NCBI GenBank assembly: GCA_038874075.1
Contig: JAVZDD010000002.1
Coordinates: 4,605 to 68,604, forward strand
Reading direction: 5' to 3'
DNA: 64,000 nucleotides
From: Candidatus Nanoarchaeia archaeon
Lineage (GTDB): Archaea > Nanobdellota > Nanobdellia > Jingweiarchaeales > Jingweiarchaeaceae
The notes under the pieces were generated by a model. The model did not search any database, had not been told where the DNA came from, and saw nothing but the letters and a program-made list of their open reading frames with translations. The translations under genes were made by a program, and so were the position numbers. Within the stretch, counting starts at the first letter, position 1, and the number at the start of each line of letters is the position of its first letter. Shown one piece after another: positions 36,175-46,380 of this stretch.

Positions 36175-36762
36175 ATGTCCCTAAAAGATTTTTTTGAAAG
36201 CGAAAGAGTTTTAGGACAAGTAATTAGATTTGGTATCAGAAAAAGATTGAAAGATGAGAATGTTGCCGAGCATAGCTTTCATACCGCGTTATATGCGATG
36301 ATCTTGGCGGATATAGAACAGAAAAAGTTTGGTAATAAGGTAAACATGGAAAAGGTATTTAGGGGTGCACTTTTACATGATTTGGAAGAATGCATGACTG
36401 GTGATATCCTGTTCCATTTCAAACACAGCGATGAAAAATTGACTTCAGAAATAAAAAGAATTGGCACAAAGTTCTATGAAAAATTGATAAAGAATCTTCC
36501 GGCTAGCATGCAAAAAGATTATATGGAAGCGTGGTTGCACTGCAAAGACCCCAATACAATTGAGGGAAGAATTGTCTGGGCAGCTGACCGATTGGAAGCA
36601 CTTTTTTATGCATTGGATGAATTAAGACTTGGTAACAAGTCTTTTAGACTGGTTCTGATTGAAATAATGAATGATATAAAAAAAATAAAATTGAGAAGTT
36701 TAGATTTTGTTCTGAATGAAATAAAAAATGAGCTAAAAACTTGGAAAGTAAAGCCAAAATGA
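36175..36762 (+). CDS. HD-domain hydrolase (YfbR-like 5'-deoxynucleotidase family)
   Basis: HD motifs: AEHSFHTA, LLHDLEE, WAADRLEA. Confidence 0.65.
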   Translation: MSLKDFFESERVLGQVIRFGIRKRLKDENVAEHSFHTALYAMILADIEQKKFGNKVNMEKVFRGALLHDLEECMTGDILFHFKHSDEKLTSEIKRIGTKFYEKLIKNLPASMQKDYMEAWLHCKDPNTIEGRIVWAADRLEALFYALDELRLGNKSFRLVLIEIMNDIKKIKLRSLDFVLNEIKNELKTWKVKPK

Positions 36763-37079
36763 AAATAAGAATGATTGACATAACAAACATCAATCATGGT
36801 TTTAATAAATTTAGAAGGGCAATTAGAATTAGTGAAAATGTTTCAATTGATTACATAACAAAGAGACACGTTGCTTTTACTGTTTTTGATGATATAAAGA
36901 AAACAATTCATAGTGTCTTGTACAAGAGTGAGGAGAAACCACCATATGATTGGAGTTGTGATTGCAAGTGGTTCTCTACGAGAGGAGTAAGTACTGGTGT
37001 ATACTGCGCACATATAATTGCTGTTAACATAAAACTCTCACAAGACAAACAAATGTTACGTTATATAGAGAAAATATAA
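36741..37079 (+). CDS. SWIM zinc-finger protein
   Basis: CxCx(n)CxH pattern: CDCKWFSTRGVSTGVYCAH. Confidence 0.5.
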   Translation: MESKAKMKIRMIDITNINHGFNKFRRAIRISENVSIDYITKRHVAFTVFDDIKKTIHSVLYKSEEKPPYDWSCDCKWFSTRGVSTGVYCAHIIAVNIKLSQDKQMLRYIEKI

Positions 37080-37137
37080 TTTTTCAAAATTTATATTTGC
37101 GAAATGCTTAAAAGTATGGGGAGAGAAAATAATTTGT

Positions 37138-37210
37138 GCCCTGGTAGCTCAGCTGGTAGAGCGACTGCCTTGTAAGCAGTAGGTCGGGGGTTCGAGACCC
37201 TCCCAGGGCT
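37138..37210 (+). tRNA. tRNA-Thr (anticodon TGT)
   Basis: Acceptor GCCCTGG/CCAGGGC, D-arm GCTC-AGCTGGTA-GAGC, anticodon arm ACTGC-CTTGTAA-GCAGT, T-arm GGGGG-TTCGAGA-CCCTC, discriminator T. Confidence 0.8.
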
Positions 37211-37240
37211 TTTTTAAATTTTGATGTCGTAAGTTCTATC

Positions 37241-38167
37241 TTATATCAAGAAATAAGGTTTTCTTCTCAAATTTGCTTCTTTGAATATGTTTGTTAACTC
37301 ATCATCACTTGCGCCGTTTCGTATGGGAGTTAATATATCAACCAAGTTATCATTTTTCATCAAACAAGGTTTTAATTTACCATCGCTTGTTACTCGCAAT
37401 CTTGTACAATATTTGCAGAATTCTGTATTTTCAGTTGGTCCCACGATTTCAATGGTTACATTTGGTAAATGATAAACCGAACGATTTTGCATATATTTTC
37501 TGTTCTCCACTTTTATTGCTTTGTGTTTCAGTTTGTTCTCGTAATCTTCTAGTGACTTATGGTAATTTTCATAATATTTTTTATTTATATTCATTTGTTC
37601 GAGTTCAATTAACTGCAAAAAACCAGTTGTTTTGCTCGCAAAATTGATCATTTCGTCTACTTCCGTATCATTTATCCCTCGAAGTACGAGCATGTTAAGT
37701 TTAACTGGGTGAAGCCCAGCAGAAACAGCACTTTTTATTCCTTCAATTACATCTTCCAATTTACCTCCTGTCAATTTGTTGTAAACACTTTCATCAAGTG
37801 TGGGTAAATTTATGTTAACTCGCCTCAGGCCAGCATTTTTAAGTTCTTCAGCTAAATCAGCAAGCATCACTCCATTCGTTGTTATTGAGATATCTTCCAA
37901 TGTTTCAATCTTGGCGATTTCTCTGACGATCTTTACGATGTCTTTCCTAATCAGAGGCTCCCCACCCGTAAGCTTTATGCCGCGAATACCAAGAGATGAA
38001 CCCACCCTTGCAATACGAACAATCTCGTCAATACTCATTTCGGATAATTTATCTCCAACACTATCTTCACCTTCCCTATGACAATAAGAACACCTTAAGT
38101 TGCAACGCTGTGTGAGTGAAATACGCAGATTTAATAATGGTCTGCCATACAAATCAATCAACATCAT
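37241..38167 (-). CDS. moaA: GTP 3',8-cyclase MoaA (radical SAM)
   Basis: Radical-SAM motif CNLRCSYC, GTP-binding region, C-terminal CxxCx(n)C (CKYCTRLRVTSDGKLKPC). Confidence 0.85.
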   Translation of the reverse strand: MMLIDLYGRPLLNLRISLTQRCNLRCSYCHREGEDSVGDKLSEMSIDEIVRIARVGSSLGIRGIKLTGGEPLIRKDIVKIVREIAKIETLEDISITTNGVMLADLAEELKNAGLRRVNINLPTLDESVYNKLTGGKLEDVIEGIKSAVSAGLHPVKLNMLVLRGINDTEVDEMINFASKTTGFLQLIELEQMNINKKYYENYHKSLEDYENKLKHKAIKVENRKYMQNRSVYHLPNVTIEIVGPTENTEFCKYCTRLRVTSDGKLKPCLMKNDNLVDILTPIRNGASDDELTNIFKEANLRRKPYFLI

Positions 38168-38222
38168 TCTAATTTAAAGTAAGCACAATAATTTTAAATT
38201 CATTGGTTTCATATTGACTACT

Positions 38223-38540
38223 ATGAAAAAGACCCAAGCAGTAAAGAAAATAGATGAAGAGGAGATAAAATCTGGACTTGAGAACTTGGTCACAATTGAA
38301 CCTTTTCCAAAAGATTATTCTGGTGACTGGTCAACTTTATGGGATAATAAATGCCCAAGATGTAATGTTCCGGTTCAAATGAGATATTTGGGTTATGGTG
38401 TATTCGAAGATTCATTGATTGGAAAATGCTCATATTGTGGAAAAGAAATTGTATTCGCACATGATTCACCCAGGAGCGGACAGGAGGAAGAAGTCAGAAT
38501 TTGGTACGATGGAAGGCTGATTAGACGATTCAGAAACTAG
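38223..38540 (+). CDS. Small zinc-ribbon protein, hypothetical
   Basis: CPRC...CSYCG four-Cys pattern; track start 38214 is TTG, ATG at 38223. Confidence 0.4.
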   Translation: MKKTQAVKKIDEEEIKSGLENLVTIEPFPKDYSGDWSTLWDNKCPRCNVPVQMRYLGYGVFEDSLIGKCSYCGKEIVFAHDSPRSGQEEEVRIWYDGRLIRRFRN

Positions 38541-39933
38541 GCTGTTCCCATTCTTCCCACTTTTCGTAACTTTTTCTAAGAATGTGGAAAGATGGCAGTA
38601 AAAGTGTAAGACTGATGAACAATATAGATGGGTCCAGCATTGATAGGAATATCATAACTAACAGAATCGGGGAGATTGAGATCACATAAATCAAAAATAT
38701 TTTTGCATTGTACAAAAGAACATTTGGATAAAGACCTGTAAGATAAATTGTAATTGAAAGTGTATAAAATGAAATGGAAATGAGTGTAAGAAGTGCTGGA
38801 GCAAAGTAATTAAGCTCATTTCTCCAAATTGCTAATAGGAAAAGAATAAAAATAGATACGAGATTGATCATTGCATAGCTGTGAATTTTACTTTTCATCA
38901 CGGTTGAAACCTTAACTGGAAGGAACGAATAAGAGGTAAACAAATCAAATTCTGTAAGCCAGTTGTAAACGGATGAAGAGATCACACCAAGAAGTATAGA
39001 GAAAATAATCAAATAGTTTACCGGAACAAATTTTAGAAAGAAATAAAGCATTACCCAGATGATAGCAATCGGAAAGAGAAATGAGAATATTATCTTGCCC
39101 ACTCCACCTTCACTCCTGTCCAAATCTAAGAAATCCTTTGCGATGAAGACTGAATAGTTGCTAAACTTGAATCTATTCGACAAATCTTCAAGCCTGTCCT
39201 TGAATCTTCTCTTCTTTTCAGTGTATTCAACTTTCATAAACAAAATAGAGAGTCCTGATAGAACAAAAATAATCAGAAGGGAAAGAAAAACTTGGAATAC
39301 GGAGCGATTGTAAAAGAAGACTAAAGGAGGTAACAAAGCAAGTATATCAATTTTTAAGTAAATAGTAAAGAATGTGTTAAGTGTAATTAATGATAGGATA
39401 ATTGCAATGAGCAATTTTAATGAGTGTACATAAACCGTTGAGAGAAAAAAAGAAATTGATAAACCAATTAAAAATGAGAGTGTTAGTGTGATCAGAAATA
39501 ACAGTGCATAACTGATATCTACTGAGATGATTTGTGATGCAATTGCAAAACCAAATACAAATGGTAATATCCAAAGTAAAAAGTAATACACAATATCCTT
39601 TACATAAAAGTTTAGAAGTATTCTTTTATCAGAAATTGGCAGATTTCTAGAAGAATATGCGATCAGACTCGCATGTCCAAATCTCCTGTTCATTGCCTCC
39701 CTACCAAGAAGTCCAAAAGAACCGACACTGAGACCAAGTAAAACGAAGGAATAGTGTGCAATTAAAATGACTTGTTTCAAGGGCAGAATTTCAATAAATA
39801 TTGGTATGACTAGTGATCCTGCAAATGAAAAAAATAACAAAACGATTGGAAAGAGGGCAAACATAAAATTTCCAAAAATACTTGAATGTATCCTCCACTC
39901 TTCTTTCATCATATTCCAAAATATTTCAAACAT
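38530..39933 (-). CDS. ABC-2 type transporter permease (polytopic)
   Basis: 467 aa, more than 10 hydrophobic helices; directly downstream of ABC ATPase gene with 1-nt spacing. Confidence 0.55.
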   Translation of the reverse strand: MFEIFWNMMKEEWRIHSSIFGNFMFALFPIVLLFFSFAGSLVIPIFIEILPLKQVILIAHYSFVLLGLSVGSFGLLGREAMNRRFGHASLIAYSSRNLPISDKRILLNFYVKDIVYYFLLWILPFVFGFAIASQIISVDISYALLFLITLTLSFLIGLSISFFLSTVYVHSLKLLIAIILSLITLNTFFTIYLKIDILALLPPLVFFYNRSVFQVFLSLLIIFVLSGLSILFMKVEYTEKKRRFKDRLEDLSNRFKFSNYSVFIAKDFLDLDRSEGGVGKIIFSFLFPIAIIWVMLYFFLKFVPVNYLIIFSILLGVISSSVYNWLTEFDLFTSYSFLPVKVSTVMKSKIHSYAMINLVSIFILFLLAIWRNELNYFAPALLTLISISFYTLSITIYLTGLYPNVLLYNAKIFLIYVISISPILLVMIFLSMLDPSILFISLTLLLPSFHILRKSYEKWEEWEQPSF

Positions 39934-39934
39934 T

Positions 39935-40651
39935 TTAGCTCTCTTTTACCAATTTTATGAAAAATTGTTCAAGGTGCTGTCTTCTCTTCTTGAGCTCCTT
40001 TATTGGACCTTTGTAAATGATTTTGCCCTTATCTATGATTCCTATCGTCGTGCATATCTCTTCAGCTATCTCAAGTACGTGTGTTGAGAAAAATATTGTT
40101 CCACCCTTCTTTACAAATTCCATCAAGTAATCCTTAACTTTCCTTTGAATTATTGGGTCTAAATTTATCAATGGTTCATCGATGAAAGCAAGTGTAGGTT
40201 CATGAATGAATGCTTGTGCGAACATTAATTTTTGTCTTGTTCCTCTTGACAAATCCTTGCACAAAACATCCCTTTGATCCTCAAATTCCAAGAACTTGAA
40301 CCACTCTTCACACTTTTTCCTTATGTTATCTAATTTTCTTATTTTTGCTACAAAATATAGATACTCTTCTGCTGTGAGAAAGCTTGGTGGATTCTCCTGT
40401 TCGGGTATTATCCCAACAAGCTCCCTTATTTTTATTGGATCCTTAAGTATGCTGATCCCAAGTACCTTGGCGTCTCCTTTTGTTGGTCTAATTTGTCCAG
40501 TTAACAACTTAACAGTTGTCGTTTTACCAGATCCGTTTGGACCAAGGAGTCCGAACAACTCACCTCTCCTTATTTTTAAAGAATCAATGTTGACTGCGGT
40601 TAAATCGCCAAATTTTTTGACAAGATTTCTTACTTCTATGATGTTTTCCAT
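39935..40651 (-). CDS. ABC transporter ATP-binding protein
   Basis: Walker A GPNGSGKTT, signature LSRGTRQK, Walker B LAFIDEP. Confidence 0.85.
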   Translation of the reverse strand: MENIIEVRNLVKKFGDLTAVNIDSLKIRRGELFGLLGPNGSGKTTTVKLLTGQIRPTKGDAKVLGISILKDPIKIRELVGIIPEQENPPSFLTAEEYLYFVAKIRKLDNIRKKCEEWFKFLEFEDQRDVLCKDLSRGTRQKLMFAQAFIHEPTLAFIDEPLINLDPIIQRKVKDYLMEFVKKGGTIFFSTHVLEIAEEICTTIGIIDKGKIIYKGPIKELKKRRQHLEQFFIKLVKES

Positions 40652-40759
40652 ACTATATTATTGGGTTTCTAATCTTAAATAGATAATGACTCCAGATAAA
40701 AAATTTTTGAATTAACAATGAGAAAATTATATAAGTAAATTCAATTTAGTTAGAAATTT

Positions 40760-41293
40760 ATGAGCCTATGGAAGGATATACCAGTAGGAGATAAGCCACC
40801 AAAGATAGTAAATGCAATAATTGAAGTTATAAGTGGTTCAAGGGACAAATACGAGTATAATAGGGAATGGGATGCATTTGTGTTAGATCGAATCTTATTT
40901 TCCTCTGTTGTCTTCCCAATCGAATATGGTTTCATTCCACAAACATGGTATCACGACAATGACACGTTGGACATAATGGTCTTGAGTTACGAACCACTAG
41001 AAGTCGGGTGTGTGATAAAAGTAAGAGTAATTGGTGCATTACTAATGGAAGATGAATCTGGAGAAGATTCAAAAATCCTTGCGGTACCAGTAAATGATCC
41101 AAGATTTGATGGAATTAATGACATTAAAGATGTCCATCCACACAAACTAAAAGAAATACAGGAATTCATTGAAAGTTATAAAAGACTTGAACCAAATAAA
41201 TGGGTGAAGTTTAAGGGATGGGAGAATGCGAAGGAAGCAGAGAGGATCGTCCAAGATGCGATAGATCTCTATAAGAAGAAATTCAAGAAATAG
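40760..41293 (+). CDS. ppa: Inorganic pyrophosphatase (family I)
   Basis: DKYEY...DNDTLDIMVL...PVNDPRFDGINDI motifs, 177 aa. Confidence 0.85.
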   Translation: MSLWKDIPVGDKPPKIVNAIIEVISGSRDKYEYNREWDAFVLDRILFSSVVFPIEYGFIPQTWYHDNDTLDIMVLSYEPLEVGCVIKVRVIGALLMEDESGEDSKILAVPVNDPRFDGINDIKDVHPHKLKEIQEFIESYKRLEPNKWVKFKGWENAKEAERIVQDAIDLYKKKFKK

Positions 41294-41294
41294 T

Positions 41295-41675
41295 TCATCT
41301 CAATTCTTTTTCCAATTTACTTTCACAATCAAAACAATATTCTGTTTCCCTATTTGTTGTGACTTCCTTCTTACAACTTTTACATATAATTTTGTGTAAG
41401 AGCGAATCTTTCTTTTCCGACCTAACATATGATGTTTCTCTAGGTGGGAATATAATCGCATCGTTTGGACATAGATTTTCACAAGAAGAACAACCGTAGA
41501 TACAATTCAATGGATTTGCAACATAAGCTTTATTGTCCCTTATTTCTAGAACATTGTGTGGACAAAAGTTTACACATCTATAAGTACCCCCACAACCATC
41601 ACACTTATCAAGATATATGATTGGAAACCATGCTTGTTTACTCATTTTTTGTGAATTGATTAAAGCATTATTCAT
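41295..41675 (-). CDS. 4Fe-4S ferredoxin-domain protein with C-terminal zinc ribbon
   Basis: CDGCGGTYRCVNFCP and CIYGCSSCENLCP cluster motifs; C-terminal CKSC...CFDC. Confidence 0.65.
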   Translation of the reverse strand: MNNALINSQKMSKQAWFPIIYLDKCDGCGGTYRCVNFCPHNVLEIRDNKAYVANPLNCIYGCSSCENLCPNDAIIFPPRETSYVRSEKKDSLLHKIICKSCKKEVTTNRETEYCFDCESKLEKELR

Positions 41676-41684
41676 TTTAAAATT

Positions 41685-42692
41685 TTAATATCTCCAAGTA
41701 TCAACGTAAATGTAAGGTAAGGATAAAATTTCTTTTGGAACTTTGGCGTAAAAATTCGCTAAAAGCGCATTTTTATAATCCGGTGGTTCAATCTGTAAAA
41801 ATTTCCGACCCTCCTCCCAGAAATAATCATCAAGGTAATAAGGATCGATTCCTGAAACCTTAGAAACAATCTCAAAGCATCTTTTACATCTAAGTCTTAG
41901 TTCCAATTCCTCATCAAGATCTAAGAATTCCCTTCTCCTCACTTTATCAATTAACTCGTCTGACAAGATTGAAATCATTCCTGATTTTATTGCCACATTT
42001 TGCAGATGGTAGTCAATGGGTGGCGTCTTGTTTTCAGGATCTTCAAATTTCCATAAACCTCTCCTCTCCATCACTTTTGCCAAGAGATTTGCTTTTTTGA
42101 ATAGTGGTTTATCAGCATAACCTATGAACACTTCAAACCTTTGTAACAGTCCTCCTTTGTTTAAAGATGGTTCATCTATTTCATTTTCCAGAAGCTTATG
42201 TCCACTTTCTTCATAAATTTCATTTACACTTCTTTTTCTGTTGTTTAAAAGTTGACTTCCAAAAAATCTAGTTAAATATAACCTGTGCTTTCCTTTATCA
42301 TAGATTGGGATTTTTCCTGTATCATCTGCCAACCATTGAATATAATCTTCATCCTTAAGATTCGCGAGGTTATTCGGAGAAAAGAAATCAGGATTTTTAT
42401 TTAACATCTCAATTGATTTTTGCCAGAGATAAGATGCTCCTTTCACCAATTGACCATTTATCAGCCCATAATCCAATGAAATTGAACCGTCCCTATTCTT
42501 CTCCCAAAAATGGTGATCTATGTTTATCACAGCACCATAGAAATTTGAGACTAAATCGATTCCTAAACCAAGGGACGGATTTTCCTTTGGATCATTGAAT
42601 TGGTAGTAGAAATCTCTCTTGACTTGAGTAAGGTACTCACCAATCTGTCTGCAAACTTTTTCATTCACGAAAAACAAATCTGGCATTTTCAT
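41685..42692 (-). CDS. Hypothetical protein
   Basis: 335 aa soluble ORF; tightly spaced within the minus-strand cluster. Confidence 0.45.
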   Translation of the reverse strand: MKMPDLFFVNEKVCRQIGEYLTQVKRDFYYQFNDPKENPSLGLGIDLVSNFYGAVINIDHHFWEKNRDGSISLDYGLINGQLVKGASYLWQKSIEMLNKNPDFFSPNNLANLKDEDYIQWLADDTGKIPIYDKGKHRLYLTRFFGSQLLNNRKRSVNEIYEESGHKLLENEIDEPSLNKGGLLQRFEVFIGYADKPLFKKANLLAKVMERRGLWKFEDPENKTPPIDYHLQNVAIKSGMISILSDELIDKVRRREFLDLDEELELRLRCKRCFEIVSKVSGIDPYYLDDYFWEEGRKFLQIEPPDYKNALLANFYAKVPKEILSLPYIYVDTWRY

Positions 42693-42735
42693 TACTTAAA
42701 AATAGTGATTTATATTCTTTGTGATGAGAAATGTT

Positions 42736-43182
42736 TTATTCAGAATGTATAGTCCTGTGTGTTTCACATTTATTATTTATACATTTGCACTCAGTTGGCA
42801 AGCAATCAACTAACGGAACACAACTTTTTTGAAGCATATCATAATAAATTTTCATATACCTTGTTGCGTTTACGTTAATATTTACACAAATACCACAGCG
42901 CACATCAATAAGTATGCAATCTTCATCCATTTGGCAATTAAAATCCAATTTCTTGAATTCAATCGATTCTTGCTCCATCAACTCATCACATCCTTCTTGA
43001 CCAACCAAAGATAAATTTTGAGTAAATTCTTCTGTTTCGTTTCCTATGTTTTTGGTGGTTGTACCTATAGCCTGGATGTAGTAGGCACTGACTACAACAA
43101 TTAAAAATAATATTCCGATCATCAAATAAATTTTCTCCATAACATTAACTGGGAGTTGTAAAATATAAAATCTTTTCCTCAA
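42736..43182 (-). CDS. Small secreted/anchored cysteine-rich protein
   Basis: N-terminal hydrophobic helix (true start may be internal MEKIYLMIG), 10 Cys in C-terminal 90 aa. Confidence 0.4.
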   Translation of the reverse strand: MRKRFYILQLPVNVMEKIYLMIGILFLIVVVSAYYIQAIGTTTKNIGNETEEFTQNLSLVGQEGCDELMEQESIEFKKLDFNCQMDEDCILIDVRCGICVNINVNATRYMKIYYDMLQKSCVPLVDCLPTECKCINNKCETHRTIHSE

Positions 43183-43192
43183 ATATATCGAA

Positions 43193-43972
43193 TTACCGAT
43201 AAAAATCTTGCAATTTCTTCATTTGACCAAACACAGGTGTTAGTATGTAACCATTTTGCATGTTTCCTAAAACTTCACATTTCTCCGGATAATACCAGAC
43301 ATAATAAGCAATGTAAGCGCAGAATATCGCATCCAGTAAATCTTCGTATTCCTTCAGTGCATTGCCCTTCAATTTCTCGACATTTTTTTCTAGCACCTCA
43401 CTCGGTAAGAACATCCTTGGGTTTGCTTTCTCTAAACTTTTCAAGCAATTCTGGTACTTCCTGAATTCTCTGTATCTGAACTTGTAATCTCTCTTTGGCT
43501 TTGCTTTGTATTGAATGATTTTTTTAAGGTTAAATATAACAACCATCGAAGGATGTGGATAAACCTCAAAAAATTTTCTCGTCCTTTCAAATTTTTTTAT
43601 ACGTGGATCATGTCTGAACCCATATTTTTCCAATAACCTTGAAATTTCCTCCCCTCTAACCTTACCATCCCACTGGCTCAATCTCTTCCTATTTGTAGGA
43701 TGCGCTCCAGCATCGTATTCTCTAAATAATAAACCAACAAGCTTCTCAGCGATTCTTCTACCTTCTTTATTTGGAACGATCAATGGTGCATCAATTGCAA
43801 TCAAAGCATTTTCCTTTCCAACTTTTTCATTGATATAACCAACAATTTCCATATCAGTACTCAAATTTGTCTTAAAATCGATGAGCTCAGCCTTCTCTTC
43901 ATCTCCTTTCGATATTGCAACTGCGGTTCCGTTCTTCGGTGACCACGCTAGATCAACACCGACGAAGAGCAT
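43193..43972 (-). CDS. DUF429-like protein (predicted RNase H-fold nuclease)
   Basis: N-terminal GVDLAWS...AIDAPL pattern characteristic of DUF429. Confidence 0.5.
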   Translation of the reverse strand: MLFVGVDLAWSPKNGTAVAISKGDEEKAELIDFKTNLSTDMEIVGYINEKVGKENALIAIDAPLIVPNKEGRRIAEKLVGLLFREYDAGAHPTNRKRLSQWDGKVRGEEISRLLEKYGFRHDPRIKKFERTRKFFEVYPHPSMVVIFNLKKIIQYKAKPKRDYKFRYREFRKYQNCLKSLEKANPRMFLPSEVLEKNVEKLKGNALKEYEDLLDAIFCAYIAYYVWYYPEKCEVLGNMQNGYILTPVFGQMKKLQDFYR

Positions 43973-44014
43973 AATTAGTTATAGGTTCCATTGCTTAAAT
44001 AAATTTGTAGAACA

Positions 44015-45139
44015 CTATCTCCTTGGAGGTATGCTGATTGGTCTTATATGCTTGATTTCTCTTCTTCTTGCCTCATCGTAAGATTCAATGATTTCCCTCG
44101 TTTCTCTTGGTGATCTATATGTGAATTCGGCATATTCTTCCAAAAAGTTACGAGAGCCACTTCTCAATTCCTGGAGAAAAATTTCTGTAATCCAATTTTC
44201 ACCAATCTTTAAATTTTCACCGTCAGTGAGCAAACCATCCAATGTCCTGTTGTCGACTATTTCACCCAAGAAATCTGCAGTTACATTCACATTTCTGAAA
44301 AATTTTTCATACCTCCCATCAATCCTTCCAATCAATTTAGCAAGATTTTCTGGTTCTGCCCACTTTGGCAAGTCTGATTCACCATTAACAAATTCAATAT
44401 TGTGATATCCATTAAGATTCCAAAAATCTGACATCCTGATGTTCGTTGTAAAAAATCTTTTAACTTGTGCAAGTGCACCATCTACCCACGAATACATTAA
44501 TGGTTCAATTTTATCTATTCTCTTTTGAATTTCCCTTGGTATTTTGAGAACGAGAGCATGTGGTGTGTGTGGTAAACCATTTTCCAACATTAGATTCTCA
44601 TTCACGACTTCCTCGTTTAGTGCGTCATCCAAACTAACTGCACCCAAAGGGGTTCCATTCATGTATTCTATTCTTGTTATGTGCGCATCAGTAATTAAAA
44701 AGCGTCCTTTATTCATAATTCCAATCATTTCTAGATTGCCGGTACCCTTGCAGTTGAGGATATTGAAGTAATATTTAACCCCATGATATTCAGTCTCAAA
44801 AGTTGGTATGATAATATCGGAAGTTCTGCCACCATTGTACATCATTAACAATTCTTCATTTTGTTTAACTGTGTGTGGGTCAAGGTAAATACTCGGTATC
44901 CAAAGGCTGAAAAGGAGTTTTTGTAGTGATTTGTTTGCTTTACTTAAAATCCAATCATTTTTCCAAACGATGTCTTGCTCATCCTCTATTGGCAAAAGCG
45001 TGATCCTAATGAATTCGTTTGGTATGCGAACGATTGTATTGTCAACTATCTTGTAAAGTGGTTTTGATTTGCGATCTTTTGATTTCGAAGGATATCTAGG
45101 TAACATATTACTACTTAATAGTGAATAATTTAAAAACAT
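44015..45139 (-). CDS. Hypothetical protein
   Basis: 374 aa ORF; start overlaps stop of upstream NDT-like gene (translational coupling). Confidence 0.45.
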   Translation of the reverse strand: MFLNYSLLSSNMLPRYPSKSKDRKSKPLYKIVDNTIVRIPNEFIRITLLPIEDEQDIVWKNDWILSKANKSLQKLLFSLWIPSIYLDPHTVKQNEELLMMYNGGRTSDIIIPTFETEYHGVKYYFNILNCKGTGNLEMIGIMNKGRFLITDAHITRIEYMNGTPLGAVSLDDALNEEVVNENLMLENGLPHTPHALVLKIPREIQKRIDKIEPLMYSWVDGALAQVKRFFTTNIRMSDFWNLNGYHNIEFVNGESDLPKWAEPENLAKLIGRIDGRYEKFFRNVNVTADFLGEIVDNRTLDGLLTDGENLKIGENWITEIFLQELRSGSRNFLEEYAEFTYRSPRETREIIESYDEARRREIKHIRPISIPPRR

Positions 45140-45519
45140 TTCTGTTTCTTCTTATGTTTTGAATCAAGCGCGAGAAGCACGTTCTTGAAACTTTTTCTTG
45201 GTGTTGGTTTAATCCTGTCTTTATTTATCAGAATGATTGGTTTGTTTGCCATGAATGCCATACCAAGGTCAAATCTACTACCTTCACTTTCATCATCCCA
45301 ATAAACATGAACCTCATCAGCCTCCATAACCGCTTTTTTATTTGCTGAACAGATCCTTATTCCAATTGGATCGTCCTGCTTTGTATCTCTAGGTGGATAA
45401 TAAACCTTGTGACCATTGGACTCTAGTTTGGAAACATATTCTTCCAGCTCTTTAATCTCACATTCCTTGGCTCCCCTTACTGGACATATAATAAATATTT
45501 TTTTTCTTTTAACTGGCAT
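45130..45519 (-). CDS. Nucleoside 2-deoxyribosyltransferase-like (NDT/DNPH1 superfamily) protein
   Basis: IFIICPVRG N-terminal and HVYWDDESEGSRFDLGMAFMANKPIILI motifs resembling the NDT fold. Confidence 0.45.
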   Translation of the reverse strand: MPVKRKKIFIICPVRGAKECEIKELEEYVSKLESNGHKVYYPPRDTKQDDPIGIRICSANKKAVMEADEVHVYWDDESEGSRFDLGMAFMANKPIILINKDRIKPTPRKSFKNVLLALDSKHKKKQKCF

Positions 45520-45582
45520 ACAATTGATGAAATAAATCTAAAGTTTTATATCTTTTGGATTTTTATAATAAATTGATCAAAA

Positions 45583-45789
45583 TTGAAAATTTCAATTATA
45601 ACAATTTTAACATTGATATTGGAAATTGTGTTTTTGATCCTTTGGGTTGCATTGCTTACTGAAAGCACATTAATATCAATTTCGAAAGAAGACATTTTTT
45701 TCTTCGGAACGATACTATTGGTTCTATTAATTATAATAGACTTTATTGAAGTACTCTTATCTTATTTTGAAATAAAAAGGAAAGTTTAA
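45583..45789 (+). CDS. Small membrane protein
   Basis: 68 aa, two hydrophobic helices. Confidence 0.35.
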   Translation: MKISIITILTLILEIVFLILWVALLTESTLISISKEDIFFFGTILLVLLIIIDFIEVLLSYFEIKRKV

Positions 45790-45791
45790 AG

Positions 45792-46367
45792 ATGAACTAT
45801 AGAAAACACTCAAGCATTGCAGGAAGGAATGAAAGCATCCTTTTGATCATTGATGTTCAAGATAAGCTTTATGATAAGATTGTTGAAAAAGAGAAGCTAC
45901 TTTCAAACATAAAAAAACTTGTTAGTGTTGCAAAAATACTTGGCATCCCAATCATAGTTACTGAGCAAGAAAGGCTTGGGGATACAATTGAACTGTTAAA
46001 GAAAGTTTTAGGAAATGATTATTCTTCGATAAAAAAAATCAGTTTTAGTTGTATGGATAATGAAGAGTTTAGAAAAAAGATTAAGGAGCTTTGTAAGAAA
46101 CGATTTTACAATACATTCATTGTCGTCGGGATAGAAGCACATATATGTGTTGAGCAAACAGCGCTTGATTTATTGGCGAATGATTATAAAGTTCACGTGG
46201 TTAAAGATGCAATCTCCTCAAGAAGGAAAGAAGATGTTGAAACGGCGATAAGTAAGATGGAAAAGAACGGTATTATTGTTACGAGTACTGAGATGGTCAT
46301 ATATGAGCTATTGGGAAGCGCTGGGAACGAAGATTTCAAGAAAGTTTTAAAAATAATCAAATCATGA
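45792..46367 (+). CDS. Isochorismatase-family cysteine hydrolase
   Basis: ILLIIDVQ and VVGIEAHICVEQTALD (catalytic Cys) motifs. Confidence 0.7.
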   Translation: MNYRKHSSIAGRNESILLIIDVQDKLYDKIVEKEKLLSNIKKLVSVAKILGIPIIVTEQERLGDTIELLKKVLGNDYSSIKKISFSCMDNEEFRKKIKELCKKRFYNTFIVVGIEAHICVEQTALDLLANDYKVHVVKDAISSRRKEDVETAISKMEKNGIIVTSTEMVIYELLGSAGNEDFKKVLKIIKS

Positions 46368-46380
46368 AGGTCGAGAGACT

